DNA of 59,256 nucleotides, the filler included, from Bipalium vagum (lineage: Eukaryota): the NCBI GenBank assembly GCA_037834085.1. It is 3 parts of 3 records of this genome, joined end to end, with 100 filler letters (N's around TTAATTAATTAA, not from the genome) between each part and the next. Parts side by side here need not be neighbours in the genome. Positions count along the whole stretch, not along the records: positions 1 to 22,158 come from JBBMKC010225995.1; 2 more parts are not named here. One strand, 5' to 3'. The position numbers and the translations under genes are program-made. Under the pieces are notes generated by a model. It ran no database searches, was not told the DNA's origin, and saw only the letters and a program-made list of their open reading frames with translations. Position 1 is the stretch's first letter, and the number at the start of each line of letters is the position of its first letter. This document shows positions 1-13,100 of the stretch, piece by piece.

Positions 1-50
<50 letters not shown>
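1..50. repeat. (TAA)n microsatellite
   Basis: Pure ATA/TAA tandem run at the window start. Confidence 0.95.
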
Positions 51-539
51 CAGATAATTTCCACTGAATTTACCAACTTTAATTTTATGGAACATAAAAA
101 TATAAAGTGATTTTGATTTTATTCCTTTTACAATCTTGTTTATATTCGTGTCAGTGCACCAAGACTTTAAAGATAGTGGAATCAGTTATGCATGATGTGA
201 ATAAATTATAAAACATAATTATCATTATAATTGGTTAGAAAACCAGTTAGTACGCTTTCAATAGTAGAATTTTTTAAAAATTTTCACAAGATAATTTTTA
301 AATTGTTGTTTTAATTATATTATGGTTCTCTGCAAAAATTCAATTAACAATATCGACGACATGAAAAATGCATATTTTCGATATATTTAGAGTTATTCCT
401 TTAAAAAAGATACTACATTATTTGCAAATATGAAACTTTGGAAAACAGACGCATATCGAATAATATATTATGTTTATAGAGTAAGTATCTTTTCAAAACA
501 CACAAACACAAAAATGTGGAGATTTCGATATAAATTAAG

Positions 540-730
540 CTTCCGCTCCGGTCTCCAGGTTGAGACTGATTCAAGTGATTTCGAAGTCATCAACAGGTAT
601 AATTCATCCTACAAGATAATCTTCGATCTCATGTATCATTGGACTCTCGAAAAAAACTCATTTCCAGTACTCACCTAATTTATTCCTATAGATAAAAACG
701 TATTTTGATCACTACAGAATTTCTTGAGCC
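540..730 (+). mobile_element. Possible Ty3/gypsy RNase H relic
   Basis: LQVETDSSDF resembles the gypsy RNase H motif (V)ETDASDxAIG. It is short and degenerate. Confidence 0.35.
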
Positions 731-1779
731 AGAAAAAAAAAACAACCAGTCGGTTAGAAACCTCACCGACTCATATTTTGTCAACAACCTCTTTGAGTTC
801 TACAAGAATTAATTTTGAATTTAGTTTTACAAATAGGATGTCATTCATAATAATGATGAATGTATAATTCATTAAAAGATTTTTTCAATAAAACTGTTCT
901 TGTTCCATCTCTATTAAAATCCACACGAACTTACATAAATCAAAATGCGTTGAATATTGTAATAATAATTGTTACCTTGATTAGGAAACTTACTGATTAG
1001 GCTGGGGAAGGTAACATAACTTATGACTTATCTTAACATATATAAAGCATCCTAGAAAATTATTAGTTAAGCTGATTTTAAAGGAATGATATTTATTTAC
1101 GGATATCAATATCAATTACGATAAATTCCTTTTTTGTTTCGAATAAAAATAATTATAAAACTCACCCAAAAAAGGGACCAAGCAAGTGCATTGCCGTTTG
1201 CTAATACTACAGAATTCAATAAAGCCTTGAACTTAGATTAGATTTTATGTAGGAAGTTGGTTCAAAAAAATATTTAGAGAATATATTTTTATTCTTGTTT
1301 TACTTTCTTTTCAAAAATCAAATTTCTGCTTCCGAATTCTAGAAACCTACCTCTTTGATTCCATTCGACAGATTACAGCTTACTATCAGATGACCGTATT
1401 TGTAAAGTGCAAAGAATTATTGGTGCAATTAAATGCAGCTTCTTTTAACTGCACATCAATTTTTGCTACCTATCTTCCTGTCATATTGAAATGATTCCTA
1501 GTCAAAATAAATGGGACTAGCTGTAACCTAACAAATGGTAAATTTTAGGCTTGACAAAAAAATTGTCCATAAAATGGCTTTATCAGTCCTCCAATACAGT
1601 TGAGTATTCTCCAATTATATTTATGAGATACTTAGACATTAACAAATAGCTCTTGATATTTAATTATCTCACATTTGACTTTTTAATTATTGGTTTAGAG
1701 TGATTGACAGACTTTCAAACAAATAAATGTTTAAAGAAAACTTGTCTTTTCCTAGAGAGTTGAGGTCTATTGAGTCAGC

Positions 1780-3600
1780 CACATCTCTGGCAAAGATTTT
1801 GAGCTGGTGCATTCCTTAAATCAACCGGTGAGATGATTTTGAAAATTTTATCAAATCCTTCAAACAATATTTTGACATAATCCAGATTAAAAAAAAGATC
1901 GTAAAAAGAGAGCTCACAAAGATCTCGAAGAATTTGAGGAAAGATCGCGGAAAATTGTAAATGCTGAAGAAAGGCCGAAACCGGCTTTCGACAGATAAAA
2001 AAAGATATTATCAAGTTTAAAAGAAATTTTAAAACATAGAAAAGGTGTACAATAAAAAATGCGAAAATTGACAAAACAATGGAAAATAAAAAACTACAAA
2101 GGTTATGACTGATATGGAAAAGATTTAATTAGAATAAACGCTGTGCTTTCTTACAGATATGTGTATGAATCTCAAAGAAATCAAAAAATATCAATTATTA
2201 AAAATGCAAACAAAGGAAATAAGAAAGACTTTCAGTTTCTAATCAATATGTAATGTGATGGTTGTGCAATATGCAGGGTCAAATATGCAGATTTTGTCCA
2301 AACACTAGATGTAATAGATGTCAAGAAGTTAACATTAAGAAATTAAGTGCACATTTTCGAAGAAATACAGCACAAAACCTAAGATTTTGACATAGTGAGT
2401 GTGAGATAAATTGAAAACTAGTCGGGGATTCGAATCCCGGTATCTCGGATTAATTTTCAACTAACAGTGAGAACCAATTTATGTCAGTCCATGGTGAAGA
2501 CCTCTGTGTCTTGAGGAACAGGTCAACGAAAAAATTCAGAATTTATTAGAAAATAATATTATTAGACATTATAACTGTCCTTTGAATTAGCTAATGATGG
2601 TTGTGAGGAAGATGAAAAAGAAATTAAAATGAAATTAAATGATATCACAATCAGACAAATTTTTCCAATGTCGACGATTTAAAAAGTGCTTGGTGTTCGT
2701 TGGAAGAAAGCTTATAACACACTGCGTTTAGTTAGTATTGATGGTAAATGTTGCTTCTATTAAATGACGATTCAAGAACTCACGCTTAAGATTCTGATGG
2801 ATAAACAAGAATCAATTTCCCATCTGGATGATATATTGATATATTGAACTATTGGGGAAAGTGCTAATAAGAATTAAGAAACAGGCATATAGTTCAATCC
2901 AGAACAATTCCATTTGTTTCGAAAAGAAGTCAGACTGCTTGGATATGTCATCACGTAAATCTCACAAAAATAGATTCCATTATGTCATTCAAAAAACCAA
3001 CATGGTAAAAGGAGTCTTCGGAGTTTTAGGGTATATGCAGGTTCTACAGCAGATTTATCCATTTTGACCATTCTTGATCAATACAGTAGATTAACGATCC
3101 CAGGACTAAATGAGAAAATAATTCAATGAGGGGTGGGTTGTTTTGATATTTGGAGTCCCTCAAGAAATTTTCGGAGATTGTACAAGGAATTTTATAAGGA
3201 TGGAATAAATAAATTATTAACTCGTTGGCAAAAGTGTTTAAACTGTAATGGAAAATATTTTAATTAATAAATTTTATTTGTCCGATTTTTATGACTTATT
3301 TTATTGACTACTAAAAATACGACATTTCATATTGGACAACCTAATACAAGTATATAAATGATATGATTCGAAAGCAACAAGTGTTCGTGGTGTTCCAGAC
3401 CTAACCACCACCGGACAAATGAGCTGATTAAAAGACAATTTATAACTGTTAAGGATAAGGTTGCAGCAATTCTTAAAGAAAAAGATAGAATTTTTGAGGC
3501 AATTTCAGAGAAAAGCTACGACAGATGCTATCGGCTCAAAAATAGTCATAATCGGGAATTATCAATAATAAAAGAAACGTGGAGAACCTAAGACATTCTC
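1780..3600 (+). mobile_element. Decayed Ty3/gypsy LTR retrotransposon (gag?-RT-integrase remnants)
   Basis: Frameshifted RT motifs in the expected order: FSNVDDLKSAW...HTAF (~2660-2730), FHLDDILIY (~2818-2844), GI*FNPEQFHLFRKEVRLLGYVIT (~2884-2955), LRSF/GICRFYSRFI (~3016-3060). Integrase-like PNHHRTNELIKRQFITVK (~3400-3455). Weak CxxC...RFCP knuckle near 2265-2300. Boundaries approximate. Confidence 0.75.
3150..3344 (+). mobile_element. Mariner 3' end fragment with TIR
   Basis: FYKDGINKLLTRWQKCLNCNGKYFN* (mariner C-terminus), then terminal sequence ...atttcatattggacaacctaa followed by TA. Confidence 0.85.
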
Positions 3601-4133
3601 ATAAAGTATTCGGATATGAGATATTTAAATTTTGACAAATATGTGCTGATATTTAATTATCTAATAATTGATTTTGTCAAAATTATTAGTTTGGAATGAT
3701 CGGGAGAATAAGACTTGCCTATTTCAGGTCAGTTGAGCTCTATTGAAGCTCACCAGATTATTTAATTTCAATATTGATCCACACATCTTTATAACTTGTA
3801 TTAAGCACATTTTTAATAAAACGAAAATAATTTTTATCTCGGTGAGAGGAAAGCGTCAAATTTACTTAGAATGGCACAAATTGAGTATTACGTAAAAAAT
3901 CTTTCTCCAAGATTTCTGTCCGTTAGGTTTTTCTAACCATTACAAATTTTTATTAAAAATGTTTTTCATTAACAGTACCAATTAATATTGTACTTTTGAG
4001 TAAAAATAATGAGAAAAACAAGAATGTAAAAAAGAGAATTTATTCGTAAAATTATTACTTTACACTGAACTAAAGATCAGTAGCTGCTCTTTAGTTGGAA
4101 TAATAAATCTTTATATCTTAATGTTTACTAATC

Positions 4134-7100
4134 TTATTCCAGTGGTTGGTGAAACTTGAAGTATGTCTAAAAAATGATTATTAGTCCAAAACTGATCAAA
4201 CCAAATCAAATGCTTACTTTAATCTCTAAATTCGGAAGTATAATGGCATTATCTTTTTGAGAAGTATTACTTTCATCTGTTGTATAATGAATAACTGCAG
4301 ACGATTCGATAGTTTGTTTCATAAAACAAGGAAGATCTTCTTGAGATTGAGATAAGTCAGATGAAGAATCATTAGTAACGTTCTGATTTTCATGGGAAAT
4401 AGATGACTTCGTAGAACTCAAAATAGAACTGGACTCTTCGGGAATGATACTGAGCTTTCCGTGTGATGGGCCTTCATAATTATTGCTAAACTTTGTAATA
4501 TTTCTAAAATTATGAGATCGTTGTGATTTTGTTGAATTTATCGAAGATTGGTGAGATATTTTCGGGGTACATTTTGAGGACTGGGGTCTATCAACAGGTG
4601 ACTGGCAGGATTTGCTTTCTGACTTACGGATAAAATTGAAGCATAGAATGGGGGCCAAACAATAATAATTCAACATTGAATGAGTCAGTCCAATAAAAGG
4701 CAGCAGAAAGAAGTGCCTAGTGACATAAATGATAAATAAAGAGAACAAACATGTGGAAATAATTAATTTTATATTTTATGATTGATTTGAACTTTGTCCG
4801 ACTATTAAATGTGAGAATCAGACAAGTGGGCAGTTAGGTGATAACTAAAGCTACTGATTGACTTAAATTTATTGTTAAATATTACCAATTGTTTGGCGAT
4901 AGCAACTCACTCGAATCGTGTCGCCAATGTGAATGGTGATACCGATGTTATATTATGTTTATAACTACCATAAATTAACATGACCCATGTGTAAGTGTAC
5001 ACGTACTTTATCAGCTACAGCTTTTACTTACTCAATTCCTTTGGTAACATTGTCTTAGAATTATTTTTTAAAATATTTTTCAGATCATTTTCATATTAAT
5101 TAGCTCACTTGTAAACTATCAAAAATATTATAACTTTTATATCTTTGCGTAACCAAGATTGAGAGTTATGACGAAGAATTAATTGTAAAAACTGGGAAAA
5201 ATAGCTTAAGATATGTGTGTATATATATTAGGTGTACCATTAAATAATACTGATTTTTTAAAAATCTATAATTATGATATAAGATAAAATAAATCATATT
5301 GATTATATATTGTATTTTATTTTAATATACATTGTTTACTAGGATAATCAGTAAAATAATATTTAAGTTTTAATATTTAAAATATTTTTAGATTTATTCT
5401 CGGAAAAGAGCATTTGCATGGAGTTATGACCCACTATTTTATTATGGGAAAAACTTCTGAAGAAACTTACCGCATACTTCGGGAAGTCTACGGGGAACAT
5501 GCACCAATAATAATGTAATAGTAAAATTTGCAATAAAGTAGAATATTATATTTTCAAATACACACCGATAGAATAAGACTTTCGAAATATTATCAAAATA
5601 ATTAATTTATTAATATTTTGTTACACAAGTCTAGAGATTGGGACAAAATAACTTTATTGAATCTAAAATCACGTGCATTGAAACATTTCCTTGTCCTATA
5701 TAAATATTTTTAATAAAACAATACTAACATTTCTCAATATCAATTAAAAGGTATGGAATAAAAGAAATTAATGATCAAGATATTTTATTCAATCCGAATC
5801 CAATCTGTTATTTGAGAGATCATTAATTTCCAATTTTGAAACATAGTCAGATTTTATCTCCTGTGTGTTTATTAAATATCACTTGTGTAGGAAATGTAAA
5901 TTGAAGTAACCCAAATCCCCATTAATTATACAGACTTGATTTGAATATAGTAAACTATAAATTTTATAAGATCATTTTCGTAAAAAAAATTATTCATTTA
6001 TAAATTTAATGGGTGATATCGCTTTCTTAATGTATTCCCGTTATTTCATAATTACTGAGGAAAATATTTTGAAAATAAAGTATCCCGGTAGCTCGGGTAT
6101 TCATTTTATGGAAGTATTTTACTGTCCAAAATAAACACAATTTTTCAGTTATGAATATAAACTTCTTCGGAGGGAAAAATGTCATTTACTGTAGAAAAAA
6201 TATCCAAAAACCCTTTTACCTCACAAGACGACATAGAATACAAAATAAAAACAAATAAATACGCATTGTGATGGATTTTTATTTATTTTTCTACGTGTCC
6301 GAATATAAATGAATTAAATTTCCAATCGTGATAAGAACATGAATAAATTTATTTAATAGTAATATTTTTTACTAATTATTTGCGTGCATTCAACGAATAA
6401 CGTTGTCAACAATATCGAAAATATCGTCGGAAATGTGTTAAATGTTTTTTTTTCAGTAAATCTGTTGAACTTCTTTTGGAATATGTTATAAAAATTGTCG
6501 ATAAAAATCCCATTTAAATCAAATCAAGTTTATCATAAAAATTAAGGAGAAAAAAAGAAGAAGAAAGAATTACGAACTATTTACTCTACACAATAATTCC
6601 AATAATTCACTAAAATCTCGTTATCATGCATTAACCCAAAATAATAACATGAAATTAGATTAATTCCTTTGACATGTGGTCCAGAAAGTCAATTTTTTTT
6701 TGATTTTCCCCTTTTTACCAATAATATGTACATGAAATTTTAATATCTCGTTATAATTAATTTTATCTGCGTAATTACCATCTCTCTCTTTTTTACTGAC
6801 TAATTCCATTGAATACATTTCAGTTGCAAAAAGTGGACCTTTCTTTAAACGATTGTCAATGAACGATTCTTAAGGAACATTAACTCAGTTGAAATATTCA
6901 TTCAACCCTTCATAGAAAATAATACCGCATTAAAGAAGACTTTTCTAATTAAAAAAAACATCTTTATTATAATTACTCGTTCACACAAACGGTACTGTTA
7001 ATTGTAAATTAGAAAGAGCTTTATTTCCTCAATAATTAGTCTTTAGCATTAATCAAATATAAAACTCTGAATCCGTTTTCGTTAAATAAGAAAATTCAAA

Positions 7101-10100
7101 AAAATCAGTAGTGTCAAACTAAAATACGGAATTTCTTTTTTAGTTTAAATTCTCTTTTGAAAATGTCGAGAGTAAAACAATTTTAGTAAAGATATCAAAA
7201 ATAATAATATAGAATATTTCAGAAGTCACAAATCTTGGACTATTTATAATTTTCCCATGAACTATAATTGGATATCAATTCCAAATTCACAAATGTACTA
7301 GTTAATAAATAAAATTAAGTAAATAAATAATTATATTATAAAACATAATTTGATTATCTGTGGCATTTATGAAACTGGATGATAAATATATTTGCACTAT
7401 TTATATTTTAATATTTCATTAATACATGATATTTGATATTCATAATAATAGTTTTGCATAATAGGTCTTGATAATTTTTACATTTTCGAACTTTCAAGAA
7501 ATAGTACTTTTTAAATAAATTCAATCATTTATTATATTCATTATTTTGATTGAAATTCGGTTAAAATACTAAAAATCTGGATTTTGTTTAAATTTATGTT
7601 GTTATGGTTACGTATTTTATTTTTTTATTTTAATGCAAAAAAATATGAAAATTAATATTTATAATATAATAAAATTAATATATATTGTGAAATTATTGTT
7701 ACTGCTATTGTTGGGGTTAGAATATATTTTTTCCAAATTTGAAAATTGGAAAATTGAAAGGACAATAGAAGATACCGTGAAAAAATTCATGAATAATAGA
7801 GAATGCAAGGAGAAGAAAGAAAAAGAGAAAAATGAATATAAGAAAATCATTAAAATTCCCTATTCGGAAGGATTCAAGATTTATTTATTTACAGACAATA
7901 AATAAAGGTCTAAAAGTAATATTTCTAACAGCGAAAACAAAGAATTTTTAAAAAATCAAAACAGTGACTCCAAAACCAATGCAAGCTAATATCGTGTACA
8001 AATTCCAATGTCATGGATGTGGTCATCTATACATAGGGGAGACACAATGTCACCTAAAGACACGAATTAGTGAGCATTCACAAAAAAGTAGAACAAGCAA
8101 AGTTTTGGATCATACTTTGAGCTGCAAAGAAAGAGAAGGAAATAAATATGCCAATGAAAATAAGTTTACTGTAGTAACGACCAACTTTGATAACGATGAA
8201 GAAAGAAAAATATGCGAATCATTAATAATTAAAGAAATCAAGCCTGAAAAAATTCACCAAATGGAGAAAGCAGAAATCAATGGATGATTAATATTTTCTA
8301 TAATTAATATTTTAAAAAATAATTATATATTTTTTTAAAAATTAAATACAATAACCATAGCAACATTAATTTTAACAAATTTAAAAATTGTGGTATTTTA
8401 ACCGAAGCAAATCAATAAATATATTTATTCTTTTATTATATTTATTATTTCAAGCATTTCTAAAATTTTCATTTCGTCAAATTTGTGTTCTTACAAATTG
8501 TTGAATAATATTTTTAGTTCATGTATAAAAATGAGTATTTGTTTTAAACTAAATTAATGAATAAATCCAAAATACTTTTAAAAGCTCAAAAACGCGTTTA
8601 TAGCTGAATATTAAATCTGTGAATATTAAATGTGAATAGCCTAATCAATTCCAATTCATGTTCTGTTCGTTCATAAGAATATGTATTTCCGATATAAGTG
8701 TATGAGTACTGTAAAAGGACATTTAATCTTTACTTTGTTGGAATCGTTTGCAAAATGAACATTAATTATGTATGTTTTCTTCATAACCATCATAACACCC
8801 ATTTTATACTGTTAAACAAAAGAAGTCCAATGAAATAAATGATTTTATAATTTAAACTAATAAAGTGAAATAACTTACTGCCATAAAAAGTCTATGTTTG
8901 TAAGCAATATAAATGCCATTCCGAGGAAAGTAGAGAACATTGCTTTTCCACACTGTACGTCTTCAAATGCTCGTTCCAACTGACTTTGTTTCTCACTTTC
9001 AGTAACCAATTTTATATTAGAAGGACATCGATCACTACACCGATTACAATTTAGTGAAAACAAATTGAGCGATTTATGGGTCGGCTGCGACTGATATTGG
9101 TCAACGTATGAAGCAATGAGAAACAAGGAAAATCGAAATCCTAAGCCTCCAGACCAAAGTGACATTACTCCGGAAGTGGCATTTAGGGGAATCTGATATA
9201 TATTCATAAATAAAATTGGGCTGAGTAAACTAGAACTCAATAATAAAGTTGCAAAAATGCTAGCCAAGAAATGGTTAATAGCTAAAAGACTGATGATGAA
9301 CATCCCGATACAAATAATTATGGTTGCCATCATCAATTGATAACGCAATTTTGTGTACTGTTCCGATAATGAGAATATGTTTCCAGTTGGGATTGATAAA
9401 ACTCCTTTCTTTGTGAATCTTCCAGTAATTGATCGAACAGCCTAAATTTAATGATACAATCTCAGATAAAAGACTCGTTCCTTTTAAATTAAAAAATTTG
9501 TGGGATCAGAAAAATTATATTAATTAAATTACTGATATTTTATGTTGGCAAAAACAGCATCTTGATTCAGGACGATAGATGATGCGATGCCATTTGTCAC
9601 TCAAATTTTGTCTTTCTTAATACCAGATAAATCTTACGGCTATATGATTTCGATGGTAAACTTCGCTTTGGGCAGTATAAGCGCAAAAATACTAATAAAT
9701 CTTTTTCTTAAGGTTCACTTTCCAATTGATGGCAATTTTTGTGGTCGGCATAAGTCTGACTTTAACAGGTTTCTATTTTCAGATTCATTGTTGCTTCGAT
9801 ATTGTCCACTACACTGTAAAGATGCTGCAACCCTATATAATAGCATGTAATTCATGTCCGTAACATGATGGAATGATTTTTTCCATATGTCTGGCAATTT
9901 CTCTGAAATATATTCCACCCTCATGATGTCCTACTATTGAACCTCTTTCAAAATTTCTATTTATTGTTTTTGTATTTTATTTTTTGTTTTAAATATAAAA
10001 ATATTTTTTTCAAAGAAATTAAAGGCAAATAATTTATTAATGACCAGAAACAATTTATTCTAAAACATTTAGTCCACAACACTTATTTTTTTAAAAAGTA

Positions 10101-13100
10101 TTTTTCAATATGCAATATTTATATTAATAAATTGAATGATTGGCTTAAATAATATCAAAAATTTTATTTTATTAATAAATAATTTCTTTAAAATATAAAC
10201 TTCTGATATTATATGTATATATATATATATAATTTTTATTTCTGATAGATTTGAAAATACTCTAGACCTGTTCTCTAACAAAAAATAACTTAAAAACATT
10301 AACATATTCATTAAAGTTGGTGACATTCGCTATCGCTGTGAACTTGATAATTGATCACATCAATAAATATTGATCACAATTTCAGATCATATCTTACCTT
10401 AACAAAATCAAAATCGTCCCTGTCTGATTGACCTTTGTAGAGATATTTACATGCTACAAATTGCAAAGGGTTTTGGGTAAACAAATTGGATCCTGATACT
10501 CTAATCACTGATGGTTCAGGTTTTCGTTCATTTGGAAGAAAATTTTCCATATTAAAGACGGGCAGTCTGGGATATAATATACAAGGCAACGTACCGGATT
10601 CAGCAGAAACTGATCTCCATACGTTAAGAAAAAGAAAAAAGTTGTCTTCATCAATTCTTTGAGCATTTAACAAACGGGATGTTCCTAACTAAATAATAAA
10701 AATAAAAATTTAAGCAATAGCATTGATAAATAATTAGTATTATTTTCAAAATTTAACTCCGGAAATTTTTTCAGTAAATAATAATGGGTCTGTCAAACTA
10801 ATGTTTACTCCAAAGGTGTCATTATCAATAAATAATACTGAAAAATTTATTTATATTTCTAAATGAATATTCATCGTGGAGAACTTTTCTAATTTAATCA
10901 GAACCAATCCAGAGAATATTAAATGTGATAATATTTTAAATTATTTGTTTCAACGTAACATAGGAAATAAAGAAATTTGTATTCATCTTCAGTTTGATAA
11001 ATATCATATTATGGGTGAGTAATATTTATATTTCAATTCAACGATTTTGATTCGCTCTTAAACGCAAAATCTGTCACTGCCTCACAATCGAAGTATAATT
11101 TTTAAAAAATATTTGTATCAAAATTTTAAATATTACACATCAACATACAATTGGCAATAGTTCAGCTAAACAAAACTTAATATTCAAAGATTTATTACGC
11201 TTTAAGTTTGTAAAGCTTCGTCTTTATTGACACCATGTGATATTTTATATTTGTATTATATTATATTATATATTTTATAAACTATTTGATGGTAGCAAAT
11301 TAGCGACTTTCAAACATTCCTAATATTATTATTTCCAAAACTATAATATTTTCTATTAAATATTTCAAATTACCTTCTTATAAGAAATATTTTCTCCATC
11401 TTGAGCCAATAAAGTCATTGTCAATAAGCCATTCTTTGAAGCATTTCTAAGAAAAGTGCCATTGGGAAAAATTAAATGAGCTTTCATATCTTCGTCAAAA
11501 TCTTTCTGAATATTTTGTAACCATGATATGAATGAAGAAAGCCAAAAATTTCCATTTTCTAACATTTCAACGCGAGGAAGTCCCTTAATTTCGTTGTGAA
11601 GTTGTAGCACAGAATCTTGGTGATAGGTATAATTAATTTTCTTAGTGATAATTTCGAACATTTGAAATCTGAAATACTTAGATTCATACTTGACGAAATT
11701 ATATTCGTTAGAATCGCGAATAAATATGGAATCCAAAAGTATACCACAATCTATGTTAATCGCTGAATAGAATCCCATAACAATTATCAAGATAGTTATT
11801 AAGATCATGGTTATCTGGACGGGAACTAAAACAATAATATGAAGAAAGGTCTTAGTTATTCGATATTGAAATCTCCACCAACATTGATGCTTATTGGGCT
11901 TATTCGTTTTTCTTTCAGACACTTTGGTTTTATGGAGTGAATTTGAGAAGGATTTCGGAAGAGTATTCATATCACTTTTTGGAGTATCAATAGGATTAAT
12001 TTCACAATATTGGTGAACATTATCTGGAATTAGATTGACTGAGGATGTTGTAAATTCTGTGGAAAATATCACTTTGCAATTCATCAGGTTTGATTCTTTC
12101 GGAGCTTTGTCATATTTCAAAGGGAATCCTTGAGACTCAGAGGATTTCTTAATATTTTCAGTTTGTAACTGACGTTTCACTAGGCAGCATAAAAGATCGA
12201 TTCTATTGTCTTGACGACGTATGGAATCTAGATGTAACAGACAAGGGTAAAGAAACACATTAACTGCAGTTTGTACCACAATAATGAAAAGTACCTTAAA
12301 ATAATAAAATTATTTGTAATAATTTTAAAAAATAATAATAATTTCTAATAATTATTATTATCAATTATAAATACTAGTGCTTATTTAATAAATAATTATA
12401 AATATTAGGCGTATGCATAAGTTCGAATCGCTGATATATATGTGGAATTTGAGTAATATTAATAATAATGTAACATCTAAAAATTTGTATTTTGTTTAAG
12501 TAAGTCAATATTGTTTATACGATAATTATTTATAGCATTAATTTGATAATTATTTTATGTATACCAATTCATTTGCAGAAATTATAATGGAAGTAGATAA
12601 AATGCATATACGCCACTGTATGTTGTTTTTGTTTAATCAGAGCAAAACATCAGCCGAAGCAACTCAGATCATTTGCATTACATATGATGATAGAGCAGTA
12701 GTCGAGAACTCATGTCATCGATGATTTGGAAGATTCAAAATCCGTGATTTTGATTTGAACGATAAATATAATATATAAATATTTGAACCCTAAGTTTTTG
12801 GAATATTTTAAAATCGCTAATTTTGTAATTATTACATTTTAAATATTTCATAAATTAAAAATTAAAATATATAATTCAAGTTAAGTACCGAATCATATTT
12901 AAATACTTTATGGAAATAGCGAACACAAATTTTTTCGTTGAAGTAATTACAATGAAACATAATATAAATATTATTTTCCGTCAGATCTCACCAAAAAATT
13001 CAAAAATAATATAATTTATTATAAAATTTATTGATTTTTATTGTCATTATTATCATTATATTATAATTTAAATATATTAAAATTTTACTGTAAAATAAAA

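Noticed and set aside
2425-2438. 14-bp palindrome gggattcgaatccc resembling a tRNA T-arm/B-box
   Set aside because: No cloverleaf or A-box around it. It lies inside the gypsy relic.
6027-6441. Possible TTAA-flanked MITE
   Set aside because: The terminal inverted match is too weak to support.
7964-8287. GIY-YIG ORF as a homing endonuclease or domesticated gene
   Set aside because: It has a Penelope-type Cys motif, a broken upstream frame and a GTG start, with no group I intron context.
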